From IMG/VR virus record IMGVR_UViG_3300017917_002116, positions 51,421 to 115,420 of that record: DNA of 64,000 nt. One strand, written 5' to 3'. This DNA is from a virus. The notes under the pieces are model-generated. The model did no database searches and was not told where the DNA came from. It saw only the letters and a program-made list of their open reading frames with translations. Position 1 is the stretch's first letter. Each line of letters opens with the position of its first letter. Below are positions 30,745 through 40,190 of this stretch, one piece after another. A program made the position numbers and the translations under genes.

Positions 30745-31250
30745 CAAAAAAGCTGGAAGAATTCTTCAACGTTGAACCTTTAGATAGAAGCGAAAGTGAA
30801 TCAGAAGAGCAAACAGTGCTACCCACAGCAGAGGTGGTGCCATTGCCCACAGTGGTAGACCATGAGGAACTCAGCATGCAATTGGACATTGCCAATAGAA
30901 TAGACAAGGCATTACCGCAAGTTAGAGGTCTGGAAACAGAAGATAAAGACCTAGATAGTTATGCAGATCAGGCCATGGACAGTTATCAAAAGCTCATGGA
31001 CCTAGGTTTTAATGTAGATGATCGCAATGCTGGTAAAATATTTGAAGTTGCTAGTACTATGATGAATAATGCTATTTCTGCTAAAACTGCCAAGTTAGAA
31101 AAGAAGCTCAAAATGGTTGAATTGCAGCTAAAGGCTGCTAGATTAGCACAGACACAAAAGCCTGAAGAGGAAACAAAGCCCAATCAGGAACTCAATACCG
31201 ATCGTAATGCTATTTTAAATCTAATCAACCAAAATCTTAAGAAACACTAA
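30741..31250 (+). CDS. Terminase small subunit (gp16-like)
   Basis: Helical protein with L.DLG..V..R..G.IFEVA..M pattern; near the large terminase. Confidence 0.6.
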   Translation: MTKKLEEFFNVEPLDRSESESEEQTVLPTAEVVPLPTVVDHEELSMQLDIANRIDKALPQVRGLETEDKDLDSYADQAMDSYQKLMDLGFNVDDRNAGKIFEVASTMMNNAISAKTAKLEKKLKMVELQLKAARLAQTQKPEEETKPNQELNTDRNAILNLINQNLKKH

Positions 31251-31291
31251 AGTACGGTGATAGTATGCTGTTTTTTTAATAAACAGTATAA

Positions 31292-31693
31292 ATGAAGCTT
31301 CACGAAATAATCACCGAAGATAGGAATTATACTAAAACGCATGGGCGCATGGATAAGAGCTACTCCCAGGTTCTGCCCAGCACGCACCTTGTGGCTGGTA
31401 CGGCAGATAGATTCTACGATCTATATAGAATAAGCATGAGAACTGCCATGGCAGATGGTAAGAATATGCCCAAATTCGAACCAGAAAGCTGGGTTGGTAG
31501 AAATAACACCATGCACCCTTATACCAAAGAAGAAGCAGACATGCTCAAACATGCCTATGCTGCCACAGGGGTACAATGGACAGATGAACTGCATCCAAAT
31601 AGTGAAAACCGTAGTTTAGAACCCGATGACACCTATACAGTTAGTCCCGTGGCCTCCGGATGGAAAAAGAAACGACGCAGGAGTGATAAATAA
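31292..31693 (+). CDS. Hypothetical late protein with MKLHEIITE leader
   Basis: N-terminus resembles T4 capsid-targeting sequences. Confidence 0.7.
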   Translation: MKLHEIITEDRNYTKTHGRMDKSYSQVLPSTHLVAGTADRFYDLYRISMRTAMADGKNMPKFEPESWVGRNNTMHPYTKEEADMLKHAYAATGVQWTDELHPNSENRSLEPDDTYTVSPVASGWKKKRRRSDK

Positions 31694-31711
31694 TGTATCC
31701 GGAGATATTAG

Positions 31712-32353
31712 ATGTCAACCCTATTAGAATATATAAATTCAGTAAAGACACAACATAAGTATCGCATCAAGTTGGCCTGCGGCTGTGATGATGCGATCAT
31801 GGACAAAATCGAAAAGCATCTGGAAAAGTATGATGCAGAAGAAATCAGTAATCCACAAAAACTTATTCTTCAAAGACGTCCATTAGACTTCCCCAACTTA
31901 GACATGGCTGAAGTTCATATTGTTGATTTTACTGCCAACCTTCCTGTAAGCCAGGATATGCTCAGAGCAGAACTATCTAAAATATTGAGAGTCCCAGAAG
32001 GCATGATCGTTGTAAGAAACGCATTAGAGCCTAGAGAACAAGAAGCTGAACATGACGAAGAAGCAGAAAAGTTCATGAAGGACCCCAAGAAATTAGAAGC
32101 TAAATTAGGCACAGATTATAGCAAGGATGAAGGTTCTGAAGTAACAGCAGAAGAAACATTCGGCAACAAGTACAATACTAATCTGCTAAAAGAATTGAAA
32201 AAATTAGCAGATGATCGTAAGAAAAAACTGGAGACACCTAAAGTAACAGATCCTGATATTCCTGCTAGTGAACCAGAGATCGGCGACAGTCCACGCACCA
32301 ACACAAAGAGTACAGTTCGTGCATTTACATCTCCAACAGGTAAAGGAAAATAA
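31712..32353 (+). CDS. Hypothetical late protein
   Basis: GATAAATA and SD GGAG upstream. Confidence 0.78.
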   Translation: MSTLLEYINSVKTQHKYRIKLACGCDDAIMDKIEKHLEKYDAEEISNPQKLILQRRPLDFPNLDMAEVHIVDFTANLPVSQDMLRAELSKILRVPEGMIVVRNALEPREQEAEHDEEAEKFMKDPKKLEAKLGTDYSKDEGSEVTAEETFGNKYNTNLLKELKKLADDRKKKLETPKVTDPDIPASEPEIGDSPRTNTKSTVRAFTSPTGKGK

Positions 32354-32355
32354 TC

Positions 32356-33369
32356 ATGGATCTAGTAAAACTATTAGCCAAGCTACAAACTATTGGCGTC
32401 ACCGAAGAAAAGAAGCCAGATGCTGACGGTGACGGTGTGCCTGATTGGGCAGACAAAAAGCCTGGTGCAGATGACACCGAGGACAAAAAAGAAAAAGCCA
32501 ACGAAGATATTGAAAATGTACTTCGCAAACTACAAGCCATTCAAGAAGGCAATAACGAAGATACAGAAGTCGATGAAGCAGTTAAAGTAATGCGTAAAGA
32601 TCAGTTTACTGGTGACTTTGAAAGATATAGTAGAGACGCCACAGATCCAGATGCTCAAGCACATAGAGATCAAACTGCCGCTGCTATGAAAGATTTTAGA
32701 AAGCAGACTGGCATATCAGGCGCAAAAAAACTTGCTGGCGATTACAGAGCCAAGCAGGCAGGATTAAATATTCATTCTCGTAAAACATTTGAAGAAGAAG
32801 ATGTGGAAGAAGGCAACGAATTTGCACAAAAAGTTCAACAACTCAAAGCACAAGGCGCCAAACCTGGTACTAAGTTCAAGACCAGCGATGGTAAAGAGCA
32901 TGTACTGGAGGCGGAAGAAGCATGTGAAGATTGTGGCAAAGTTCACGAAGGTGCATGTAAAGAAGAAGATCTTAAAGAATGCGATATGAGTCCATTAAGT
33001 TCTATGGGCGGTATGGAACAGCAAGCAACTCCTGATCGCTACACATTAACAATTCAGCGCGGTGACAAGAATCTAAACGTTACCACAGATAATCCTGCAG
33101 AATTGCTACAGCTAATGAAATTGGCAGGCGTAACACAGGGTGCAGAAGTACAACAGGCACCTGCAGAAGAACAGGAAGTTGAAGAAGATTGGGGCAATAC
33201 TCCTGCACAAACCAATGAACCAGAACCACGTGGCCATGGTGACATACGTGACTGGGGACTACCTGGCACAGCAAAAGCCAAAGTACGTTATACTCCTCAA
33301 CAACAAGGCGACAATCCAATGGAAAGCAAAATGTTTGAGGAATATAAACAGTTCAAACAAGGTAAATGA
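32356..33369 (+). CDS. Acidic low-complexity protein, probable prohead core/internal protein
   Basis: E/D/K-rich, many (L/V/I)xE sites, PDADGDGVPDWADK and LMKLAG motifs. Confidence 0.65.
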   Translation: MDLVKLLAKLQTIGVTEEKKPDADGDGVPDWADKKPGADDTEDKKEKANEDIENVLRKLQAIQEGNNEDTEVDEAVKVMRKDQFTGDFERYSRDATDPDAQAHRDQTAAAMKDFRKQTGISGAKKLAGDYRAKQAGLNIHSRKTFEEEDVEEGNEFAQKVQQLKAQGAKPGTKFKTSDGKEHVLEAEEACEDCGKVHEGACKEEDLKECDMSPLSSMGGMEQQATPDRYTLTIQRGDKNLNVTTDNPAELLQLMKLAGVTQGAEVQQAPAEEQEVEEDWGNTPAQTNEPEPRGHGDIRDWGLPGTAKAKVRYTPQQQGDNPMESKMFEEYKQFKQGK

Positions 33370-34898
33370 GCACCGACAATTTCATAAAGTCGCCTTATAA
33401 GAAGGAAAATTATACAGAGGATCAGATAGCGGAGATTATAAAGTCCGCTACTGATCCAGTATATTTTTTAACGACCTACATGTGGATACAACACCCCGTC
33501 AAGGGGCGTGTTAAATTTGATCTATTTGATTATCAGATAGATCTTATCAATACCTACCATAATCACAAATACAGCATTAACATGCTAGGTCGTCAGATGG
33601 GCAAGTCCACCTGTGCTGCCGGTTATCTATTATGGTATGCCATGTTTGTACCGGACAGCACGATTCTAATTGCCGCACACAAGTACACAGGCGCACAGGA
33701 AATTATGCAACGTGTTCGTTTTATGTACGAGCATTTGCCCAATTGGATCAAAGCAGGTGTCACTAGTTATAACAAAGGCAGCATAGACTTTGACAACGGC
33801 AGTCGTATAGTAAGTGCAACTACAACAGAAAACACTGGTCGTGGTATGAGTATTACACTAGTATACCTGGACGAATTCGCCTTCGTGCCACCTCGAATCG
33901 CCAAGGAATTCTGGACAGCACTAAGCCCAACATTGTCTACTGGTGGTAAGTGTATTATTACAAGCACACCTAGCCAGGATAATGACCAGTTCGCACAGAT
34001 CTGGAATGAAGCAATAAAGAACATAGATGAGTATGGTAACCCCAGGGACGTTGGTAAAAACGGCTTTAAGAGTATCAAATATATCTGGAGTGATCATCCT
34101 GACAGAGATGATGCCTGGGCGGATCATGAACGCAGTAAGATTGGCGAAGACAGATTCATGCGTGAGCATGAGTGTAAGTTTATTGCAGCCGATGAGACCT
34201 TGGTTAACAGTATTAAACTATCATTACTTGAAGGCAAGGAACCCATTAATAAAATGGGACAGCTTAGGATATACACTCCTATAGTCAAGGACATGACTTA
34301 TATTATAGGATGGGACCCTAGTCTAGGCACTGGTGGTGACTATGCAGCCATAGAAGTATTTAGGCTACCAGACCTGGTACAGGTGGCAGAGTGGCAGCAC
34401 AATAAAACAGATGTTCGTGGACAGTTGAAAGTTCTAGTAAATCTATTAGACTACATGAAAGAACAGGGTTTGGACAACGATCAAATGTATTGGAGCGTAG
34501 AGAATAACACTCTGGGCGAAGCAGCCCTAGTGGCTATTACAGAATATGGTGAAGAACGCATACCAGGATATTTTATCAGTGAACCAGGAAACAAACGCAG
34601 GGGTTTCAATACCACAAACAAAAGCAAATTAGCCGCATGTACTAAATTCAAATACTATTTAGAAACAGACAAAATGCGCCTGCAGAGTAAAAATCTAATA
34701 CAGGAAGTCAAAACCTTTGTGGCTCACGGCGCTAGTTTTGCTGCCAAAGAGGGTGAAACAGACGATTTGGTCATGGCATCCTTGCTAGTTACAAGAATAG
34801 TAGAACACATGATGAAGTACGACGAAAAAACATATCAAGCTCTGGTTGAGCGCAGTAGCAGTGATTTCGTAGCTCCCATGCCAATCGGCATAATATAA
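33366..34898 (+). CDS. gp17: Terminase large subunit
   Basis: RQMGKST Walker A, YLDEFAF Walker B, ITSTP, IGWDPS nuclease, TDDLVMA. Confidence 0.97.
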   Translation: MSTDNFIKSPYKKENYTEDQIAEIIKSATDPVYFLTTYMWIQHPVKGRVKFDLFDYQIDLINTYHNHKYSINMLGRQMGKSTCAAGYLLWYAMFVPDSTILIAAHKYTGAQEIMQRVRFMYEHLPNWIKAGVTSYNKGSIDFDNGSRIVSATTTENTGRGMSITLVYLDEFAFVPPRIAKEFWTALSPTLSTGGKCIITSTPSQDNDQFAQIWNEAIKNIDEYGNPRDVGKNGFKSIKYIWSDHPDRDDAWADHERSKIGEDRFMREHECKFIAADETLVNSIKLSLLEGKEPINKMGQLRIYTPIVKDMTYIIGWDPSLGTGGDYAAIEVFRLPDLVQVAEWQHNKTDVRGQLKVLVNLLDYMKEQGLDNDQMYWSVENNTLGEAALVAITEYGEERIPGYFISEPGNKRRGFNTTNKSKLAACTKFKYYLETDKMRLQSKNLIQEVKTFVAHGASFAAKEGETDDLVMASLLVTRIVEHMMKYDEKTYQALVERSSSDFVAPMPIGII

Positions 34899-34919
34899 TA
34901 AAAAAAGGTAAATAATAAC

Positions 34920-36170
34920 ATGGCCGTTGATTTTGATACAGTAGCTGAACGAGTTTTTGACCAACTAAAAGGTTTTGGGCACAATCTTGCCATTTTTGAC
35001 AAAGATGGTAAGCAGACTGTTAATGCCGAGGATGGCAGGCAGTTTTATAGCAAAGATCAAAAATTGACAGTGGAATTAGATGAAAATGATAACACTATCA
35101 AAATTAAATATGGCGACAGTTCTGATCCAGATAGGGTTAAAAAATTAATTAACTCCATACGTGGCGGAATAGCAAAAAAATACTTAATAGGAGTTGATGT
35201 TATGCCTTATACAGGTAGAGACATAGAGCTTAAAGACGTTCAAAATTTAGTCAAAGAAAGCCTGGGCCCTGCGGCTGGTTCTGTCAAGACCAGCTACCAG
35301 CAAACAGAAGGCGCCAGACTAATTATACGTCACAGTAAGCCAGTAAACGAAGAAATACGCGGTAGCAGAAGCAGAAATATTAGTGCACTATTCATAGAAA
35401 ACGCTCAGGGTGAACGTTTCCGCTATCCACATAAACATCTTGCCGCCGCAAGAATTATGACACGACATGTCGCAGAAGGTGGCACACCTTATGACGAAGT
35501 TGGTCAAAAGATTATCAGCCTAAGCGAAGAACGTTCCAACCTTATCAAGGTCGCAGGCTATATCAAGCACAACGGACTACAAGAACAAGCCAGTGATGTT
35601 GGCTATGCTGTACAACAACGTCTAAGTGAAATCAAGCACCTATTAGGTAGATACAATGCCGAGAGTCTATTGGCAGATATGTACGAAAGTGATGAAAGCA
35701 ACGTAGAAGAACTAAAAGAAAAATTAACCAAGAATGTCTTTGATGAAAGCATTACAGACATGTTGCCTAAACTAGGTGGTTATGTAAAAGCATATCAAAA
35801 CAGAATTCAGGCTGAACAGGCGCTCACAGGATTGCAACAACAAGTTGAAGAAAGTGCAGGCATTCCAGTTAATGAAATTCCTGATATGGAATTGGCCAGC
35901 ATGATTGTTTATGAAAGCCCAACAGTCAATACAACTGAGTTGATCAACATGGTATTACCTGTACTAGAAGATCAAGAGTTAAAACAACAATTGGAACAGG
36001 TCAATGCCTACGTTCAAGAAGGCCTACTAGATCCTGCCAAGGTTGATAATTTAACCAGAAGCATTGTTGGTAAGGCTCAATTGGTCACATTCGAATCTGA
36101 CAGAACTTTTGATGACATGTTCGAAAGTGCCATAAAGAAAAAATTTGATATCAGAGAAATTTTGAAGTAA
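34920..36170 (+). CDS. Hypothetical late protein (416 aa)
   Basis: Long ORF; GTAAATA directly upstream. Confidence 0.8.
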   Translation: MAVDFDTVAERVFDQLKGFGHNLAIFDKDGKQTVNAEDGRQFYSKDQKLTVELDENDNTIKIKYGDSSDPDRVKKLINSIRGGIAKKYLIGVDVMPYTGRDIELKDVQNLVKESLGPAAGSVKTSYQQTEGARLIIRHSKPVNEEIRGSRSRNISALFIENAQGERFRYPHKHLAAARIMTRHVAEGGTPYDEVGQKIISLSEERSNLIKVAGYIKHNGLQEQASDVGYAVQQRLSEIKHLLGRYNAESLLADMYESDESNVEELKEKLTKNVFDESITDMLPKLGGYVKAYQNRIQAEQALTGLQQQVEESAGIPVNEIPDMELASMIVYESPTVNTTELINMVLPVLEDQELKQQLEQVNAYVQEGLLDPAKVDNLTRSIVGKAQLVTFESDRTFDDMFESAIKKKFDIREILK

Positions 36171-36173
36171 TGA

Positions 36174-36321
36174 TATAAATATCAGTGTAGGATGATCGTT
36201 TTGGTCATCTTACACTTGACGTAACAAGCATAAGCATGTTACATTACGTTCACAAGATAGGATGTCTTGTGATCCAGGCAAACAATTTGGTATTACCCTG
36301 GCTTAACATTGGAGAAAAACT
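36174..36321 (+). promoter_or_regulatory. Structured 5' leader of the ssDNA-binding protein gene with late and sigma70-like promoters
   Basis: TATAAATA at 36174; hairpins at 36184-36216, 36221-36242, 36250-36272; TTGACG-N18-TACATT; SD GGAG. Confidence 0.65.
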
Positions 36322-37302
36322 ATGGCTACACTAGCAGAAATTCGCGCTCGTTTGATGGAGCAAGAAAACCGTTCTACCGGTACAAAAATGGTTGCAGACA
36401 ATGCAATCTTTCCTTTCTGGAACATCCCAGAAAATTCCACAGCAGTTATTCGTTTCCTGCCTGATGGAGATGACACAAATACTTTCCCCTGGCGCGAACG
36501 CCAAATGATTCGTCTAGCCTTCCCTGGCGTTAAGGGTGGAGACGAAGGCAAGGCAGTGACTGTTACTGTTCCTTGTATGGAAATGTGGAAAGAAACTTGC
36601 CCGATCCACGCAGAGATTCGTCCTTGGTTTAAGGACAAGAGTCTTGAGGATCTTGGTCGCAAATATTGGAAAAAGAAGTCTTATATCTTCCAGGGCTTTG
36701 TTGTACAAAGTAGCCTGCAGGAAGAAGTTCTTCCGGAGAATCCTATTCGACGTTTCATTATCAATCCCAGCATCTTTAACATTGTTAAGGGTGCTCTAAT
36801 GGATCCTGAAATGGAAAGTCTATTCACTGACTATGAGAATGGCACAGACTTCCGTCTGACTAAGACCACTAAGGGTCAGTATGCTGATTACAGCACTTCA
36901 AGTTTCGCACGTCGTGAACGTGGCCTGAATGAAGTTGAACTGCAAGCCATTGCTTCACATGGTCTGTTCAACCTTAATGACTTCATGCCTAAGAAGCCAA
37001 CCAAAGAAGAAGTTGATATCATCTATGATATGTTCAAGGCCAGCGTTGATGGTGAACTCTATGATCCTCAGCGTTGGGGTCAGCACTTCAAACCAGGTGG
37101 TCTAAATCTTGACACCGGCTCTGCGTCAGCAGAACGTGCTAGTGCATCTGCTGCCAAGCCCGCTGTTAGCGTGGTTAAGCCATCTGCACCAGTAGAAGAA
37201 GATGACGAACCTCCTTTTGAAGTAGAATCCAGCACTCCTGCTCCTGCAGGCAAAAAGGATGTCAACGACATTCTAGCAATGATTCGCAATCGTAAGCAAT
37301 AA
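36322..37302 (+). CDS. gp32: Single-stranded DNA binding protein
   Basis: AVIRFLPD, CPI, G.DF.L.K..KG.YADY.S.F, acidic/proline tail. Confidence 0.9.
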   Translation: MATLAEIRARLMEQENRSTGTKMVADNAIFPFWNIPENSTAVIRFLPDGDDTNTFPWRERQMIRLAFPGVKGGDEGKAVTVTVPCMEMWKETCPIHAEIRPWFKDKSLEDLGRKYWKKKSYIFQGFVVQSSLQEEVLPENPIRRFIINPSIFNIVKGALMDPEMESLFTDYENGTDFRLTKTTKGQYADYSTSSFARRERGLNEVELQAIASHGLFNLNDFMPKKPTKEEVDIIYDMFKASVDGELYDPQRWGQHFKPGGLNLDTGSASAERASASAAKPAVSVVKPSAPVEEDDEPPFEVESSTPAPAGKKDVNDILAMIRNRKQ

Positions 37303-37309
37303 TAGGCTC

Positions 37310-37333
37310 CCCGGGCTACGGCCCGGGTTTTTT
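37310..37333 (+). terminator. Rho-independent terminator
   Basis: CCCGGGC-TACG-GCCCGGG-TTTTTT. Confidence 0.9.
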
Positions 37334-37377
37334 CTGTGCAGAAAAAACGATTACTATCTCAAAGTAGGGAGTATCCT

Positions 37378-37650
37378 GTGACATTACCAGACGAACGATA
37401 TCGTGCTGTTGTGTGGGCAGAGCGGTTCCTCAAAGAACTAGCTCATGACACTAAAAAATATCCTCGAGTACCCAAGGCCGTACGTCGAGAAGCATATTCT
37501 ATTTTAAGACATTACCCAAGCAAATGGGATATGACTCGTGTATCAGAAGCATCACCAGAAGTATTTCAGGAAAAGATGGAACCTTTGACACGAATGCTAG
37601 AAGTTTATAAAATAGAGAAGAAGGAAGAACTAAATGGCAAAATTGACTAA
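37378..37650 (+). CDS. Hypothetical protein (MTLPDERYRAV...LRHYP)
   Basis: SD GGGAG supports a GTG start at 37378. Confidence 0.7.
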   Translation: MTLPDERYRAVVWAERFLKELAHDTKKYPRVPKAVRREAYSILRHYPSKWDMTRVSEASPEVFQEKMEPLTRMLEVYKIEKKEELNGKID

Positions 37651-37825
37651 ACTAGTAAAAGTAAATGAATCAATCACTATCAACCGTTATGACAACGTAT
37701 GGATGGTGGAAATTGGTGGCAGAAACAAAAAAGACGATTGGGCAAATACCAAGACTGTATGCAATACCGAGCAAGAGCTTCTGGAACTCATCAAAGAGTG
37801 GAATACAATGGAAGTGAACGACTAA
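37634..37825 (+). CDS. Small hypothetical protein
   Basis: SD AAGGA; in an operon with uvsX. Confidence 0.7.
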   Translation: MAKLTKLVKVNESITINRYDNVWMVEIGGRNKKDDWANTKTVCNTEQELLELIKEWNTMEVND

Positions 37826-37826
37826 T

Positions 37827-38894
37827 ATGACTAAGCCATTTGATGTAAGTAAATTTAGAAAAGAAATCACTAAGAGCATTGAAGGTCTTAGTATTGGTTT
37901 CAATGATCCAACTGATTGGATTTCAACAGGCAACTATACACTGAACTATCTGATCAGTGGAGACTTTTTTAAAGGTGTACCACTAGGCAAGGTTACAGTA
38001 TTTGCCGGTGAATCAGGTGCAGGTAAGAGTTATATCTGTTCAGGCAACCTTGTGCGCCACGCACAAGAGCAAGGTATCTTTGTTGTACTGATTGATAGTG
38101 AAAATGCTCTTGACGAGGCCTGGCTACACGCACTAGGTGTGAGCACTGATGAAAGTAAACTGTTAAAACTTAACATGGCCATGATTGATGATGTGGCAAA
38201 AACTATCAGTAAGTTTATTGCTGATTATAAGGCACTACCCGAAGATGATCGTCCCAAGGTCTTGTTTGTAATTGACAGCCTGGGTATGTTGCTGACACCC
38301 ACCGATGTAAACCAGTTCGATGCGGGTGATCTCAAAGGCGACATGGGTCGTAAACCCAAAGCATTAACTGCCCTAGTACGCAATTGCGTAAATATGTTCG
38401 GTAGCCATAATGTCGGTCTAGTGGCAACTAACCATACCTACGCTAGTCAAGACATGTTTGATCCTGATGACAAGATCAGTGGCGGCCAAGGCTTCATCTA
38501 TGCAAGCTCTATTGTGGTTGCCATGCGTAAACTCAAACTCAAAGAGGACGAGGAAGGTAATAAAACTACCGAAGTCAATGGTATTCGTGCAGCCTGTAAG
38601 GTTATGAAAACACGCTATGCAAAGCCATTTGAGAGCGTTCATGTAAAAATTCCTTATGCCACAGGTATGAGTCCTTATAGTGGCCTGTTTGACATGCTGG
38701 AAGAGCGAGGCCTGCTTAAACGTGAGGGCAATAGCTATCTTTATACAACTAAGGATGGTGAAATCTTCAAGGCCATGCGTAAAGGCTGGACAAATGAACT
38801 ACTAGACAAGGTTATGGCAGACATAATGCTCAGAGATTTGACTAAAGGTGTAAATACAGCGGAAATCAAAAAGGAGCCCGCTGATGCTGCATGA
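37827..38894 (+). CDS. uvsX: RecA-like recombinase
   Basis: GESGAGKS, IDSENA, VIDSLG, TNHTY, SGG. Confidence 0.95.
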   Translation: MTKPFDVSKFRKEITKSIEGLSIGFNDPTDWISTGNYTLNYLISGDFFKGVPLGKVTVFAGESGAGKSYICSGNLVRHAQEQGIFVVLIDSENALDEAWLHALGVSTDESKLLKLNMAMIDDVAKTISKFIADYKALPEDDRPKVLFVIDSLGMLLTPTDVNQFDAGDLKGDMGRKPKALTALVRNCVNMFGSHNVGLVATNHTYASQDMFDPDDKISGGQGFIYASSIVVAMRKLKLKEDEEGNKTTEVNGIRAACKVMKTRYAKPFESVHVKIPYATGMSPYSGLFDMLEERGLLKREGNSYLYTTKDGEIFKAMRKGWTNELLDKVMADIMLRDLTKGVNTAEIKKEPADAA

Positions 38895-39153
38895 AGAAGA
38901 AGTTAACCTTATCGTAGACGTTTGGACTAGTGTTAAGAGTTATATTGATCGAAAAGAAAGATATGATGCCGCCAGTGCATTACTACGCAGTTTAGAAAAT
39001 CACTATGACATGGATAGTGTCAGTGAAGAACTGCTGGGCAATGACACCACGCTAGACACTGTTATTGCTGATATCTATGGAACAAGCGCCATGGGTGAAG
39101 ATGAGGACGGCTACGAAGAAGACAACTACGACAGTGACTACGACGACGAATGA
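38884..39153 (+). CDS. Small acidic protein
   Basis: SD AAGGAG; GTAAATA upstream. Confidence 0.7.
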   Translation: MLHEEEVNLIVDVWTSVKSYIDRKERYDAASALLRSLENHYDMDSVSEELLGNDTTLDTVIADIYGTSAMGEDEDGYEEDNYDSDYDDE

Positions 39154-39611
39154 GTGATTGGTTCAGGCTTGTATCGGGCGACTTATCTCAGTTGCCCGAT
39201 GCCATAGCATATTTCGAGAGTGAACTACAAGGCGCTAGGATAGAAACTAGCCTCAAGGGTAACCTTGAAATGAACAGCAGACTCATGCCTGGTATAGTTG
39301 AGCATAGATTCAATCAACTGCAAGAGATTGAAGCCATATTAGAATACCTGAATATACAATTGCGTAAAAAACGCAGTGAGGTATTCAGAAAGTATATCGA
39401 AAACTATAACAGGGCACTGAGTAGTCGTGATGCTGAAAAGTACGTGGATGGTGATGCGGATGTAGTACAATGGCAATTGTTGATCAATGAATTTTCCATG
39501 GTGCGTAACAAGTACCTTGGTCTAATGAAGGCCATCGACAGTAAACAATTTCAGATTAATAACATTACTAAACTCAGAGTTGCTGGTATGGAAGATACCA
39601 CTCTGGGTTGA
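39150..39611 (+). CDS. uvsY: Recombination mediator
   Basis: Helical; KY.E.Y..ALSSRDAEKYVDGD...K.FQINNI.KLR.AG; near uvsX. Confidence 0.8.
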   Translation: MSDWFRLVSGDLSQLPDAIAYFESELQGARIETSLKGNLEMNSRLMPGIVEHRFNQLQEIEAILEYLNIQLRKKRSEVFRKYIENYNRALSSRDAEKYVDGDADVVQWQLLINEFSMVRNKYLGLMKAIDSKQFQINNITKLRVAGMEDTTLG

Positions 39612-39739
39612 CATGACAGACGAAGAATATTCAAGGCAAAAATATCTATTACAAATAGAACTGTTAAAATGGCAACAGCTATGACAACAAGAATTTAAGC
39701 TATGTGTACGAATTATGATAAATAAAAAAGTATAAGGAG

Positions 39740-39970
39740 ATGGATATGGCAACATTTATAGAATGGCAAGCTACATTATCAGAGGTTGAACAAGCAAGAT
39801 GTAATGAGCTATGCAATAAAGAAGAGGAACGTAGAAATGCGTCTGGTTTCCCCAAGGATGCAGAAGGCAGACTGATTTTTCCTAATGATGAAGCTCGTAA
39901 GCAATATCAAGCAGGTGCAGACCCGGAGTTTGTTTCCTATAGGACAAGATACGAAATATCACAGCAATAA
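39740..39970 (+). CDS. Hypothetical late protein
   Basis: GATAAATA and SD AAGGAG upstream. Confidence 0.7.
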   Translation: MDMATFIEWQATLSEVEQARCNELCNKEEERRNASGFPKDAEGRLIFPNDEARKQYQAGADPEFVSYRTRYEISQQ

Positions 39971-39993
39971 CATATAAGTAAAACACAATATAT

Positions 39994-40020
39994 TGGCCCG
40001 GCTTCCCCCGGGCCATTTTA
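39994..40020 (+). terminator. Rho-independent terminator
   Basis: TGGCCCGG-N6-CCGGGCCA-TTTT. Confidence 0.75.
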
Positions 40021-40030
40021 TTCAGTAAAA

Positions 40031-40160
40031 TTGACATAAAATCCCAGTTATTGTATACTACTGTTTTAGTTAGCGAAATGCATGAATTTTGGGTATTTTT
40101 CGGGATTTTTGAGCTAGAAAAACACCGAAAATTGACCGAAAATACCAATTCTGCTATACT
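40031..40160 (+). promoter_or_regulatory. Tandem early sigma70-like promoters
   Basis: TTGACA-N17-TATACT (40031-40059) and TTGACC-N17-TATACT (40132-40160), separated by phased T/A tracts. Confidence 0.85.
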
Positions 40161-40190
40161 AACAGTATTGTAACGCAACAGGAGCACAAA

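Noticed and set aside
39613-39684. 23-codon ORF after uvsY
   Set aside because: Too short, no SD, and not in frame with the next gene.
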